27,427 nucleotides of DNA from an uncultured delta proteobacterium (GCA_963803975.1 CAWDOY010000026.1:1-27427), one strand, 5' to 3'; shown: positions 1 through 8,559, numbered from the stretch's first letter. A program made the numbers and translations. Notes: a model not told the origin generated them from the letters alone.

Positions 1-1
1 T

Positions 2-817
2 GCCTCCTCCAAAAAGGTACTGGAACCGGGTTACAATATAGTGATATTCTGCCGGAGCAATGCCAAAGCCCATTCTTAAATAGATAATAATTGCCGCAAG
101 ATTTATCATCTGCAGTTTGAAATAAGCTGTGCGCGGTACCATGTTGCGTTTGAAGAAGCGGTGGGCACATATAAAATAGAGGATAAACCATGAGTACATA
201 AATATCAGGGATGCGATCCACCAGTTCCTGGCGCTTGCCTCATTGTTGGCTCTGACCTTTCCATAGGCAGCAAGCAGCCCGGCATTTTGTTCGGTGATAA
301 GAGAGCCTTTTTCAAATGAGCCGTAATCCTGCACAAGACATTTGCCCACAAGTTCTTTCGGTACATCCTCATCAATGCGCAGCCCCATACCGATGCTTTC
401 GTTGAACATGTCGGACATAAAACCGGTCAGAAGGGCCACCAGAATAAAAGCCAAAGAGCCCAACCGCGCTGCCTTGGAATAGGCCCAGTCCTTGAGCACC
501 CATTTATAAAAAACTCCGATAAGCAGCGCGCACAGCACCCCGATTATGGCGCCGGCCAGCACTCCTAAAAATCTCCCGGTATAATAGCCCACCGGAAGAT
601 CGCGGAAATAGCCGCAGATGTTAATGAAGAGCGGCGGATACATGAACGTATCAAGAAAGCGGAACTTTGCATCCGCGGTACCGAAGGTTTTGCCGAAAAA
701 ATAGCCGGGGATTATCAGCTCCAGCCAGATGGCGCTCCGTATCCATCCGCCCAGTCCCTTAACCTGCTTCATGGCCGGTTCCCCCCGTGCTGCGTTACTG
801 TTAATGAAACCATGCAT
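2..817 (-). CDS. Multi-pass membrane protein of unknown function, 3' end runs off the window
   Basis: Absent from the ORF track because it has no stop in the window. Hand translation from ATG 817 (GGAGG at 821-825) is open to the edge: MHGFINSNAARGEPAMKQVKGLGGWIRSAIWLELIIPGYFFG...FLGVLAGAIIGVLCALLIGVFY...LGSLAFILVALLTGF...WWIASLIFMYSWFILYFI... Alternative start 772. Begins 8 nt after the MarR stop. Confidence 0.85.
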   Translation of the reverse strand, partial: MHGFINSNAARGEPAMKQVKGLGGWIRSAIWLELIIPGYFFGKTFGTADAKFRFLDTFMYPPLFINICGYFRDLPVGYYTGRFLGVLAGAIIGVLCALLIGVFYKWVLKDWAYSKAARLGSLAFILVALLTGFMSDMFNESIGMGLRIDEDVPKELVGKCLVQDYGSFEKGSLITEQNAGLLAAYGKVRANNEASARNWWIASLIFMYSWFILYFICAHRFFKRNMVPRTAYFKLQMINLAAIIIYLRMGFGIAPAEYHYIVTRFQYLFGGG

Positions 818-825
818 TGACCTCC

Positions 826-1311
826 TTACTTCGTTGATGTGATGGATGCTTTTTCAAACAGCAGTGCGACCCCGTTTAACGTTTCATTGAGAACTTTTAT
901 TTCCACGGGGTTCAAACGGTCGAGCAGGACCCTTACATTTTCGACCTCACCGTTGCGGAAGGCATTGAGCCGTTTTTTCCCTTTTGCGGTAAGCCTGACA
1001 TCCGAAACCCGCTTGTCCTTTTCATTTTTTGAACGTTCAAGATACCCCAGCTGTTCAAGCCGGCAGACCAGGTTCGTGGCGCTCTGCAGCGACATCCCCA
1101 GAGACCTGCTGATATCGGTGATGGTGACGGTTTCCCGTTCGTTAAAGAGAGAGAGCGCACGCATCTGCATAATCGTAATAGGCAGCCGTTTGCCCTGAAA
1201 GCTCCGTCCGATATTCAGAAAGCGGAATATCTTCTGCAGGTTGAGATAAATCTGATGGGGCAGCTTATCCAGGTCGGGTTGGCCTGGCAGTATCTGTGGT
1301 GAGTCGGCCAT
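826..1311 (-). CDS. MarR-family transcriptional regulator
   Basis: Winged-HTH signature TITDISRSLGMSLQSATNLVCRLEQLGYLERSKNEKDKRVSDVRLTAKG; ATG 1311 preferred over the upstream alternative start. Confidence 0.92.
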   Translation of the reverse strand: MADSPQILPGQPDLDKLPHQIYLNLQKIFRFLNIGRSFQGKRLPITIMQMRALSLFNERETVTITDISRSLGMSLQSATNLVCRLEQLGYLERSKNEKDKRVSDVRLTAKGKKRLNAFRNGEVENVRVLLDRLNPVEIKVLNETLNGVALLFEKASITSTK

Positions 1312-1316
1312 TTTAT

Positions 1317-1411
1317 TAGTTAACACTTATTAACTTAATATATAACAAATTATAGTTAAATAATATTTTTAACAATATAATGGTTGAACAATAGTACACA
1401 TATATTAACTA
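1317..1411. promoter_or_regulatory. Two related imperfect palindromes, probable operators of the minus-strand MarR
   Basis: TAGTTAACACTTATTAACTT (1317-1336) and TAGTACACATATATTAACTA (1392-1411) match at 15/20; the second overlaps the -10. Confidence 0.55.
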
Positions 1412-1430
1412 ATATTTACCAGCCTGTCAA
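1402..1430 (-). promoter_or_regulatory. Sigma70-type promoter for the minus-strand marR
   Basis: Minus strand TTGACA (1430-1425), 17-nt spacer, TAATAT (1407-1402). Confidence 0.7.
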
Positions 1431-1504
1431 TATTTTTTTATGTCCCCCGAGCGTGAGCACCTGCACGGGCTTGCCTGCTTTTTTCCGGTTTGGATTAATC
1501 AAAC

Positions 1505-1553
1505 TTGACAGCATGCGAATATTTCATTATCTGATAGTTGCATATGCAACAAT
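1505..1553 (+). promoter_or_regulatory. TTGACA -35 plus palindromic operator upstream of the plus-strand marR
   Basis: TTGACA 1505-1510 (the -10 is poor); ATAGTTGCATATGCAACAAT 1534-1553 with perfect 14-bp core GTTGCATATGCAAC just upstream of ATG 1567. Confidence 0.65.
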
Positions 1554-1566
1554 TTTACCTCTCGCC

Positions 1567-2013
1567 ATGGAACTGATTGAATACAGCCTGAAAAACTCCC
1601 TGGGCCACATGATGGGCCGGATATCGCGGTCCATACTCAGCCAGCTGCAGAAAAGCTTTACCACTGCAGGCTGTGACCTTTCGGTAGAGCAGTGGCTGCT
1701 GCTGGTACATCTCAGGGACTGGGACGGGCAGATTCATCAGCAGCTGGCGCAGAGTACCTACCGGGACAAAACAACCATTACGCGCCTTTTAGACGGACTG
1801 GAAAAGCGCGGGCTGGTTGAGCGCATACCTGATATTGCAGACCGCCGGCAGAAGAGGGTCCGTATCATGCCGGAAGGCAGAAAGCTGATCAATAAGCTGA
1901 AACCGCTGGCTTTAAAGATACAGAATAAAGCCCTGGAAGATATTGCCCTCCAGGAAATAGATATGTGCAAAAATATTCTTTCCAGGATTTTCCAGAACAT
2001 TTCAAGCACCTGA
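1567..2013 (+). CDS. MarR-family transcriptional regulator
   Basis: LSVEQWLLL...HQQLAQSTYRDKTTITRLLDGLEKRGLVERIPDIADRRQKRVRI; the longer track ORF runs through the promoter, so ATG 1567 is preferred. Confidence 0.92.
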   Translation: MELIEYSLKNSLGHMMGRISRSILSQLQKSFTTAGCDLSVEQWLLLVHLRDWDGQIHQQLAQSTYRDKTTITRLLDGLEKRGLVERIPDIADRRQKRVRIMPEGRKLINKLKPLALKIQNKALEDIALQEIDMCKNILSRIFQNISST

Positions 2014-2065
2014 CAGCAAAGAAACAGCAGCAGCCTAACCGTGAAAAGGTAGAGGAGAATAACAG

Positions 2066-2872
2066 ATGGAAGAAAATTTAAAGCGATTCGTCGGACAGCA
2101 CGTTATCGTAACGGGTGCCGGGAGCGGCATTGGGGCTGGTATTGCGCACCGCTTTACTGCAGAAGGAGCGCGGGTCACGGTGGCAGATATCAACCAGGAA
2201 GGCGGCATGAATGTTGTCAAAGAGATCACGGGCAAAGGCGGGATTGCGCAGTACCAGACGGTGGATGTGTCCAAAGAGGATTCAATACTTGAGCTGGTGA
2301 AAAAAGCCCATGAAACGTTCGGCGCAATAGATGTTGCCGTATCGAACGCCGGCATTTCTGAAACCCAGGCATCGTGCCTGGAAATTTCCGGCGCGGAGTG
2401 GGACCGGATTTACGGGGTAAATGTCCGGGGCTCATTCATGTTCTGCAGGGCCTGTGCTAATAATATGATGGATAATGATATCAAGGGGTCCATCATCACC
2501 ATTTCCTCAACCATGGGAAGAACATCAAAAAACATGACCGGGGCCTATGCCTCATCAAAGTCCGCGGTTATCATGTTCACCAAGAGCTTGGCCAAGGCGC
2601 TTGCACCACTGGGCATACGGGTGAACAGCGTTGCTCCGGGTATGGTGGCAACCAATCTTTACCGGCCGGTGGAAAGTGAAATGATGATGGAAAAGGATGA
2701 GTTTGTCCCCTGGATCATTGAGCAGTGTATTACCAGCGGCCAGCTTTTGATCCCGCGGGTAGGGACCCCTGAAGATATGGCCGCGGCCGTCGCTTTCCTC
2801 GCCTCAAAAGATGCCGCCTATATAACGGCGCAGTGTATCAGCGTGGATGGCGGCATGGACTGGAGCTGGTAA
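2066..2872 (+). CDS. Classical short-chain dehydrogenase/reductase, probably NAD(H)-preferring
   Basis: TGAGSGIG, Asp after beta2 (VADI), NAG, YASSK, IRVNSVAPG; RBS GAGGAG. Confidence 0.95.
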   Translation: MEENLKRFVGQHVIVTGAGSGIGAGIAHRFTAEGARVTVADINQEGGMNVVKEITGKGGIAQYQTVDVSKEDSILELVKKAHETFGAIDVAVSNAGISETQASCLEISGAEWDRIYGVNVRGSFMFCRACANNMMDNDIKGSIITISSTMGRTSKNMTGAYASSKSAVIMFTKSLAKALAPLGIRVNSVAPGMVATNLYRPVESEMMMEKDEFVPWIIEQCITSGQLLIPRVGTPEDMAAAVAFLASKDAAYITAQCISVDGGMDWSW

Positions 2873-2880
2873 TGATCAAG

Positions 2881-2943
2881 AGCTGTCAGCTTTCAGCCGT
2901 CAGCTATCAGGTAATACTTTAAATGTACTGAAGGCTGACAGCT
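2881..2943. repeat. Heptamer tandem array with inverted partner (intergenic hairpin)
   Basis: agctgtc-agctttc-agccgtc-agctatc followed by ctgaaggctgacagct. Confidence 0.8.
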
Positions 2944-2967
2944 TTTCCAAGAAAGGAGTATCATACA

Positions 2968-4743
2968 ATGTTTAAAGGCGGATACCACGGACGTTACGTG
3001 ATGGTTGATTTAACCAGCAAAAGCTACAGCATCAAGGAGTTGCCGGAAAATCTCGCCGCAGAGTATCTTGGCGGCAGGGGCATCGGCACGAAGCTTCTGT
3101 ATGACCTGCAACCGGGGCATGTTGATCCGCTGTCCCCGGAAAACAATCTGATCATTTTCACCGGTCCGCTGAATGGCACCAATGCGCCCGGAACTTCACG
3201 CATTACCTTTATCACCAAATCCCCCTCGAGCAATACCATCAACACAACCAGCATGGGCGGGTCTTTCCCCAACGGGTTCAAGCGTACCGGCTTTGACGGC
3301 CTGGTAATAACCGGTAAGTCGCAGGAGCGAATCTGGATTCATCTCACACCTGACGGGGTCAGCTTTCATAATGCGGATGATGTTTGGGGGCTGAAGACCT
3401 CTGATACCGACAAGGCCATAAAGGAAAAGCTTGGCGGTAAATGCCGGGTGGCATGTACCGGCCCTGCGGGCGAGAACCTGGTGCGGTTCGCGGCAATCGT
3501 GTCCGAGACCCGCACCGCGGGCCGCGGCGGCGCCGGCGCGGTAATGGGCTCAAAGAACCTCAAGGCAATTGCCGTGTCCGGAGACGAGAGGCCGCAGATC
3601 GCTGACAAGCAGGCGTTTGATGAGGCGGTAAAGAAGGTGCGCGCCGACCAGGAAGAAAACCCGAGCCTGGTGGGGATGCAGATGAACGGGACCGCGGGGC
3701 TCATCAGCGTGGTTAATGCCATGGGCGGCCTGCCCACCAGAAACTTTCAGACCGGCACGTTTGAAGCAGCTGATGAGATAGCGGGAAGCGCTATCACCGA
3801 GCACAACCGGATTAAAAATTTCGCCTGCCAGTCCTGCCCGGTTGGCTGCGGGCTCATTGCCGAAGTTAAAAGCGGGCCGCGGGCCGGCCTCACAACTGAG
3901 GGCCCTGAGTATGAATCAGCGGTGATGCTGGGGTCAAATATCGGCATCGGCGACCGGGATATCATAATCGCTGAGAACTATATGTGCGATGAGTTCGGCC
4001 TGGACACTATTTCAACCGGCAATGTGATCGGCTTTGCCATGGAATGCTATGAAAAAGGGCTGCTGACTGATAAAGATACCGGCGGCCTGGCGCTTAAATG
4101 GGGAGACGGCGAGCTTGCCCTCAAGCTTATAGAAATGATCGCCAGAAAGGAAGGGATCGGCAGGCGCCTGGCAGAAGGTGTCGCACGGCTCGCACAAGAT
4201 ATTCCGGGCTCCGAGACTTTTGCCATGCATGTAAAGGGATTAGAGCTTGCGGCCTATGACCCGCGGGCTGTTTTCGGCCAGGGGCTTTCCTATGCCACTG
4301 CCCCGCGCGGCGGCGAGCATGGCCGCGGCGGGTACATGATAGTAGAGTTTTTCATGCCGGAGGTTGACCTGTACACCCATGAGGGAAAGGCAGAGCGGGC
4401 GGCGATGCTTGCCGAGAATGCCACGATTTTTGACTCAGCAAGCCTGTGCAGCTTCAACTTTGTGCCGGTGGCGCTTGTTCCGGAGCTGATTAACGCAGCG
4501 GCCGGAACCGCCCTTACGCTGGATGATCTTCGCACCATCATGCGCAGAATCATAGCGCTTGAGCGCACGTTCAATCTGCGCGAAGGCTTCAGCAGGAAAG
4601 ATGATACGCTGCCGCCGCGGCTGCTGAATGAGCCACTGCCTGAGGGCATGGCTGAAGGCAAAAAAGTGGAAGGTCTTGATCTCATGCTCGATGACTACTT
4701 TGCCATCAGAGGCTGGAGCAAAGAGGGCGTACCGCCGGCGTAA
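2968..4743 (+). CDS. aor: Aldehyde:ferredoxin oxidoreductase family (tungstopterin, 4Fe-4S)
   Basis: YLGGRGIG, GPAGENLVRFA, RTAGRGGAGAVMGSKNLKAIAV, CQSCPVGC, EGPEYE, CDEFGLDTIS, HVKGLELAAYDPR, DDTLPPR; RBS AAGGAG. Confidence 0.96.
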   Translation: MFKGGYHGRYVMVDLTSKSYSIKELPENLAAEYLGGRGIGTKLLYDLQPGHVDPLSPENNLIIFTGPLNGTNAPGTSRITFITKSPSSNTINTTSMGGSFPNGFKRTGFDGLVITGKSQERIWIHLTPDGVSFHNADDVWGLKTSDTDKAIKEKLGGKCRVACTGPAGENLVRFAAIVSETRTAGRGGAGAVMGSKNLKAIAVSGDERPQIADKQAFDEAVKKVRADQEENPSLVGMQMNGTAGLISVVNAMGGLPTRNFQTGTFEAADEIAGSAITEHNRIKNFACQSCPVGCGLIAEVKSGPRAGLTTEGPEYESAVMLGSNIGIGDRDIIIAENYMCDEFGLDTISTGNVIGFAMECYEKGLLTDKDTGGLALKWGDGELALKLIEMIARKEGIGRRLAEGVARLAQDIPGSETFAMHVKGLELAAYDPRAVFGQGLSYATAPRGGEHGRGGYMIVEFFMPEVDLYTHEGKAERAAMLAENATIFDSASLCSFNFVPVALVPELINAAAGTALTLDDLRTIMRRIIALERTFNLREGFSRKDDTLPPRLLNEPLPEGMAEGKKVEGLDLMLDDYFAIRGWSKEGVPPA

Positions 4744-4758
4744 GAGACATGCGGATAC

Positions 4759-4827
4759 AGTACTGAGTGCTGAGCGATGAGTGCCGAGTTTTTCCTGCTC
4801 ACTACTCAGCACTCGTTACTCATAACT
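4759..4827. repeat. Heptamer tandem array with inverted partner
   Basis: agtactg-agtgctg-agcgatg-agtgccg versus actactc-agcactc-gttactc-ataact. Confidence 0.8.
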
Positions 4828-4849
4828 AAACTTTAACGGGGAGGGACCC

Positions 4850-6310
4850 ATGGCACCATTTGATTCTTTGAGAGACTACGCAGAAGCTTTGGAGAAGCGG
4901 GGCAAGTTCATAAGAATAAAAGAGATGGACCAGGACAAGTACGAGGCGACTGCGTTTTACTACAAGCTCATGGATCGATATAAAACAAATGCACCGGGTT
5001 TTCTTATCGAGAGAATGAAAATAAACGGGAAATGGTATGAAACACCGGTTGTGGGAAACATTTTCTGCGGGTTTGACACTGTTGCGCAGTGTTTCGGGGT
5101 GGAGAAAATATCTGATAATCAGGCGGAGATGCATACTGTCGCCGTGGAAAAGATCATGAGCTGCCTGGTGAACGGTAAATGGAAAACCATTGATCCGGTT
5201 GTGGTGGATAGAAAGAACGCCCCCTGCAAGGAAGTTATTCTGAAGGGAGCCGGGGCAGACCTCTCAAAATTTCCGTGGGTAAAAAATAATCCTGATGATG
5301 GAGGCCAATACATCAGCGCCGGTTCTTTCATCATGGAGGACCCGGAGCTTGGCAGAAATGTCGGCACCTATCGCATGCAGGTAAAGGGGCCGCACAAAAC
5401 CGGATCCTATTTTACTAACCAGAGCCACGGCTACCGGTTTATCGCCAGGGCAGGTGATCGCGGCGAAGACAAGGTGGATGTTGCAGTGGCAGTCGGCATT
5501 GATCCCATTTCCTGGATGATGAGCAGCACCAGACTGGCGGATCTGGGGGAGGATGAATTTGCTGTAGCCGGAGGATTCAGGGGCAAGCCCGTGGAGCTGG
5601 TAAAGTGCGAAACCAATGATCTCTATGTTCCGGCTCATGCCGAGTATGTGATTGAGGGTGAAGTCCCTATGGATATTGAGAAGGAGGGACCCTATGGCGA
5701 GATGCTGGGCTATATCGGAAAACAGACCAACACGCTCTACATGAACGTGAAGGCAATCACCCACCGGAAAAACCCCTGGGTGTACAATAACTGGCCGGGC
5801 ATCGGCGGCGGCTACATGACGCTTCCCTGGGATGTGGGAAACCTCATTCGCCTGAAGCGCATGATGCCGAACCTGCTCAAGCTGTATACTCCGCCGGAAA
5901 CAGCTTCCCTGTCTATTGTCTGTATTGACAAGAAGTTTCCCGGTGAAGGTATTGAGGCCGGCATGATGATACTCGGCTACCGCCTGGTGGGATTCAGTAA
6001 AAAGATGGTTATTGTTGTGGACAAGGATGTCGAGCCGACGGACCTGGCGCGGGTGTTCCATGCCATGGGCACACGGTGGCAGCCGGTGCCGGCAAGCCTG
6101 CTCGTGCACCACTCGTTCCACATTCCCATTGACCCGAGCATAAGGGAAGATTTCCTGAGCAGCAAAATCGTGATTGACGCGACGCGGCAGCTGCCCGGCG
6201 AGGGCGGCCCGGAAGTATTTCCGGCAGACAACCGCACGGTCATGGAAGAGAAAGCAAAAGAAGCGTTTGATCTGGTAGAGAAGAACTGGGGGAAATATTT
6301 CCAGAAATGA
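4850..6310 (+). CDS. UbiD-family (prFMN-dependent) decarboxylase/carboxylase
   Basis: DGGQYI, NVGTYRMQV, PVELVKCETNDLYVPAHAEYVIEG, EGPYGEMLGY, IVVDKDV, KIVIDAT. No ubiX in the window. Confidence 0.93.
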   Translation: MAPFDSLRDYAEALEKRGKFIRIKEMDQDKYEATAFYYKLMDRYKTNAPGFLIERMKINGKWYETPVVGNIFCGFDTVAQCFGVEKISDNQAEMHTVAVEKIMSCLVNGKWKTIDPVVVDRKNAPCKEVILKGAGADLSKFPWVKNNPDDGGQYISAGSFIMEDPELGRNVGTYRMQVKGPHKTGSYFTNQSHGYRFIARAGDRGEDKVDVAVAVGIDPISWMMSSTRLADLGEDEFAVAGGFRGKPVELVKCETNDLYVPAHAEYVIEGEVPMDIEKEGPYGEMLGYIGKQTNTLYMNVKAITHRKNPWVYNNWPGIGGGYMTLPWDVGNLIRLKRMMPNLLKLYTPPETASLSIVCIDKKFPGEGIEAGMMILGYRLVGFSKKMVIVVDKDVEPTDLARVFHAMGTRWQPVPASLLVHHSFHIPIDPSIREDFLSSKIVIDATRQLPGEGGPEVFPADNRTVMEEKAKEAFDLVEKNWGKYFQK

Positions 6311-6317
6311 TATAATT

Positions 6318-6406
6318 CACCGCCGAGAGCGCCCCTCGGCCATGAGCAACTCGGCCTTGAGCTCGTTGCCGAAAGGCTCGGGGCCGAATGGCAGAGAGCT
6401 CAGAGA
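6318..6406. repeat. Nested REP-like palindrome inside a degenerate 9-mer repeat
   Basis: caccgccgagagcg ... gcagagagctcagag interrupted by cccctcggcc-atgagc-[tcggccttgagctcgttgccgaa]-ggctc-ggggccgaatgg. Confidence 0.6.
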
Positions 6407-6413
6407 TGGTAAC

Positions 6414-6670
6414 CAGAGGGTTTGCGAGCTTTATGAAATGGGCAGGGAAGAATTGTACGCAAGAGGGCGGCAGAAGCAGCGGGTGGAGGCCCGGAGCCTG
6501 ACCATATACTGGGCGGTTCGGGAATTGGGGCTAACGGGAATATCGCTTGCGAGGCGATATCATCTGACTCAGCCGAGTATTGTCTATGCCGTTCAAAGGG
6601 GCGAAAAGATAGCCCGGGAGGGGAGTTACCAACTGCTGAATTGAGTTGCTGATTTATTTATGGACGTCCC
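6414..6670 (+). pseudogene. C-terminal HTH remnant of a Y1/RAYT-like transposase with its probable 3' end motif
   Basis: RVCELYEMGREEL...VEARSLTIYWAVRELGLTGISLARRYHLTQPSIVYAVQRGEKIA resembles the DnaA-C-like tail of these transposases (from recall); no HUH domain; the ORF N-terminus is translated repeat DNA; TTATTTATGGACGTCCC follows the stop at 6644. Confidence 0.7.
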
Positions 6671-6729
6671 ATAGTTGTTCCTAAATGAACCATACCATCG
6701 GCAGAGAATGCAGTTTAAAATAGGCGCTG

Positions 6730-6765
6730 TTGTCCCTGTTTAAACAGGGACAAGAACAGGGACAA
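6730..6765. repeat. Perfect 24-bp palindrome plus a third half-site
   Basis: TTGTCCCTGTTTAAACAGGGACAA (6730-6753), then AACAGGGACAA (6755-6765). Confidence 0.85.
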
Positions 6766-6776
6766 AAATAGTGGCG

Positions 6777-6890
6777 ACTTCTTTTGCAAAGCGTAAGTGG
6801 CAGTCAATAAAATCACAGCAGTAGTCGCGCATTTTGATCATTAAGACACTACAATATATTGTAAAAAAGCAGGGCCATTTCTGACCCTGC
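6777..6890. repeat. Repeat A, copy 1 (~115 bp)
   Basis: ACTTCTTTTGCAAAGCG...CAATAAAATCACAGCAG...ACAATATATTGTAAAAAAGCAGGGCCATTTCTGACCCTGC aligns with 8445-8559. Confidence 0.85.
6863..6890 (-). terminator. Intrinsic terminator of the FN3 gene (part of repeat A)
   Basis: Minus strand GCAGGGTCA-GAAA-TGGCCCTGC-TTTTTT, about 35 nt after the stop at 6925. Confidence 0.8.
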
Positions 6891-6924
6891 CTGTTCAAAG
6901 TTATGAAACTAAATATCAGGTTAC

Positions 6925-7887
6925 CTATTTAACCTGAAAACTGGTTACAATAGTCTCCTCAAGAGAAGCATTAGTAAGATCGGTCTTAATAGTAATGTTC
7001 CACTGACCAGTTGATGCTCCACGCTCCACACACACCGGGATAAATATCAGATTGCCAGAAGAGAAAGCTTGCCGCTGTGAATCAAACGTTACCCCCTGTG
7101 CTTCTGCTCCATCCCCTGTTAACTCAATACTGCTTCCCTGTTGTGTAAAATGATGCTCTTGTGAGGAGTAGATAATCAGCCACAGACATTTCTTATCCAG
7201 CAGTATCGGACGCATGACCACCTTCCGCAGCAGGCTGGCTGCCGTAATGCTTACCACATCCCGGCACTGCTGTAACTCTTCCTTGCACACCTGCTCATCA
7301 CCACAGGGGTTCTGACCATTCACACACGTACCATTGATGCATTCTTCCGTTCCGTTGCAGAAAACCTTGTCATCGCAGTCAGCGTCTACGACACACACCG
7401 ATGGTGGAGCACTGGTGGTTGTCGAGGTTCTCGGATGGTGTCCGCCGCCACCGCCCCCTCCTCCACTGACTGAGGTTGTGGTTGATGTGGTTTTCGGCGG
7501 TATTGTCGTGGTGGTGGCTGCAGGGTTACTGTTATAGGAAATTTCTGCAGAATAATCGCTTTCTACAAGACTGGTGTTATACGAAGTTGCAGCAAAATAA
7601 TATGTCTGCCCTGCTGTTAGATTAGTAATAATGCAAGAGGTAGCAGTCTTGCCTATGACATCCTTGCTTTGAGTATAATTTCCCGAGGAAGCACCATAGT
7701 AGATTTTATAGCCCGCAATGTCCGGTTCATTATTTTGGTCCCAGCCTAATGTAACCTGAACAGCGTAAACATTATTTATGTTTATCAGGAAACATAATGA
7801 GATTACTATAAAAAAGGTGCTGAAACAAGATGAGCGATAAGCTAATGGTGTTGCAGTATTTGTTTGTATGTTTGATTTTTTAACCAC
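6925..7887 (-). CDS. Secreted fibronectin type III protein with Thr/Gly linker and Cys-rich module
   Basis: GTG 7887 after AAGGAGG; signal peptide ending VYA; VTLGWD..EPDIAGYKIYYG..SGNY..LTAGQTYYFAATSYN..ESDYS; TTTTT/GGGGGGGG linker; CVVDADCDDKVFCNGTEECINGTC. Confidence 0.9.
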   Translation of the reverse strand: MVKKSNIQTNTATPLAYRSSCFSTFFIVISLCFLININNVYAVQVTLGWDQNNEPDIAGYKIYYGASSGNYTQSKDVIGKTATSCIITNLTAGQTYYFAATSYNTSLVESDYSAEISYNSNPAATTTTIPPKTTSTTTSVSGGGGGGGGHHPRTSTTTSAPPSVCVVDADCDDKVFCNGTEECINGTCVNGQNPCGDEQVCKEELQQCRDVVSITAASLLRKVVMRPILLDKKCLWLIIYSSQEHHFTQQGSSIELTGDGAEAQGVTFDSQRQAFSSGNLIFIPVCVERGASTGQWNITIKTDLTNASLEETIVTSFQVK

Positions 7888-7941
7888 AGAAACCTCCTTA
7901 GGGTATTTCCGTGCGTAATACATCATCTGAAGAAGCACTGT

Positions 7942-8036
7942 ATGCGCTCGGCAACCCAGCTGCCATATCCTTTTGAAAAAATCTTAGGCCTGTGGCTTTG
8001 CGTCCTACCTTTGCAGGCAGTTTGCTTTTGCATTAA
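7942..8036 (-). ncRNA. Cyclic dinucleotide GEMM-I riboswitch, A20 variant (c-AMP-GMP / GEMM-Ib type)
   Basis: Minus strand AUGCAAAA-GC-AAA-CUGCCU-GCAA-AGGUAG-GAC-GC-AAA-GCCACAGG-CCUAAG...UAUGG-CAG-CUGGGUU-GCCGA: P2 with GNRA loop, GCAAAG junction, 11-nt receptor, conserved CCGA. Confidence 0.9.
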
Positions 8037-8114
8037 CTTTTTTGAGTAGTGACATCAAAATTAATAGAAAAGATAATCTTTTCTTTGTGAGAAAAATTAG
8101 TATTTAATAGTAAG

Positions 8115-8130
8115 CGCAATAAACGTGCCC
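8115..8130 (-). promoter_or_regulatory. Sigma54 (-24/-12) promoter upstream of the riboswitch
   Basis: Minus strand GGGCACGTTTATTGCG versus consensus TGGCACG-N4-TTGC, with exact GG-N10-GC spacing. Confidence 0.65.
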
Positions 8131-8354
8131 AAATATTATTAATAAAAATGCAGTGCAGATAATAATAAAAATTAAGCAATATTAATATGTTATTTAATCA
8201 GAAGGGTTTCAGGTTGAAAATTTGGGGCACGGATAAAAGGAAGGGAGTATTAGTTTCAATACAGGAACGTAATAGAATAAATTTTACATATCGAGATTAA
8301 AGGAGAATCCAATATGGCGTGGTAGGCTTTAAAGGCAGAAAATTGAAACAGGAG

Positions 8355-8407
8355 TGCCAATATATTGTGGTGGGCATTAACCATTGAAAAGTGCAGCTTA
8401 TGTATCA
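8355..8407. repeat. Repeat B, copy 1
   Basis: CCAATATATTGTGGTGG...TGAAAAGTGCAGCTTATGTATCA; the last 23 bp (8385-8407) are identical to 10846-10868. Confidence 0.85.
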
Positions 8408-8444
8408 GCAGCGATAGAAGTGAGTCAACCAAAATTCATTGCAC

Positions 8445-8559
8445 ACTTCTTTCGCAAAGCGACAATGGCAGGCAATAAAATCATAGCAGCAGCATGAGTT
8501 TTAACCAATAAGATCAAACCACAATATATAGCAAAAAGCAGAGCCGTTGCTGACCCTGC
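8445..8559. repeat. Repeat A, copy 2
   Basis: ACTTCTTTCGCAAAGCG...CAATAAAATCATAGCAG...CCACAATATATAGCAAAAAGCAGAGCCGTTGCTGACCCTGC. Confidence 0.85.

Noticed and set aside
1384..1566. N-terminal extensions in the ORF track (1384, 7938, 10615, 16172, 20261, 25946)
   Set aside because: They run through promoters, hairpins, riboswitch leader or MITE; internal starts fit RBS position or family length better.
5264..6121. 285-aa antisense ORF and other shadow ORFs (e.g. 20742-21413, 14082-14540, 27061-27387)
   Set aside because: They overlap well-supported genes on the other strand and have no motifs or RBS.
8381..8408. Repeat B as an XerCD dif-like site (TTATGTATCA)
   Set aside because: Only the XerD-like half resembles dif; the left arm and spacer fit poorly.
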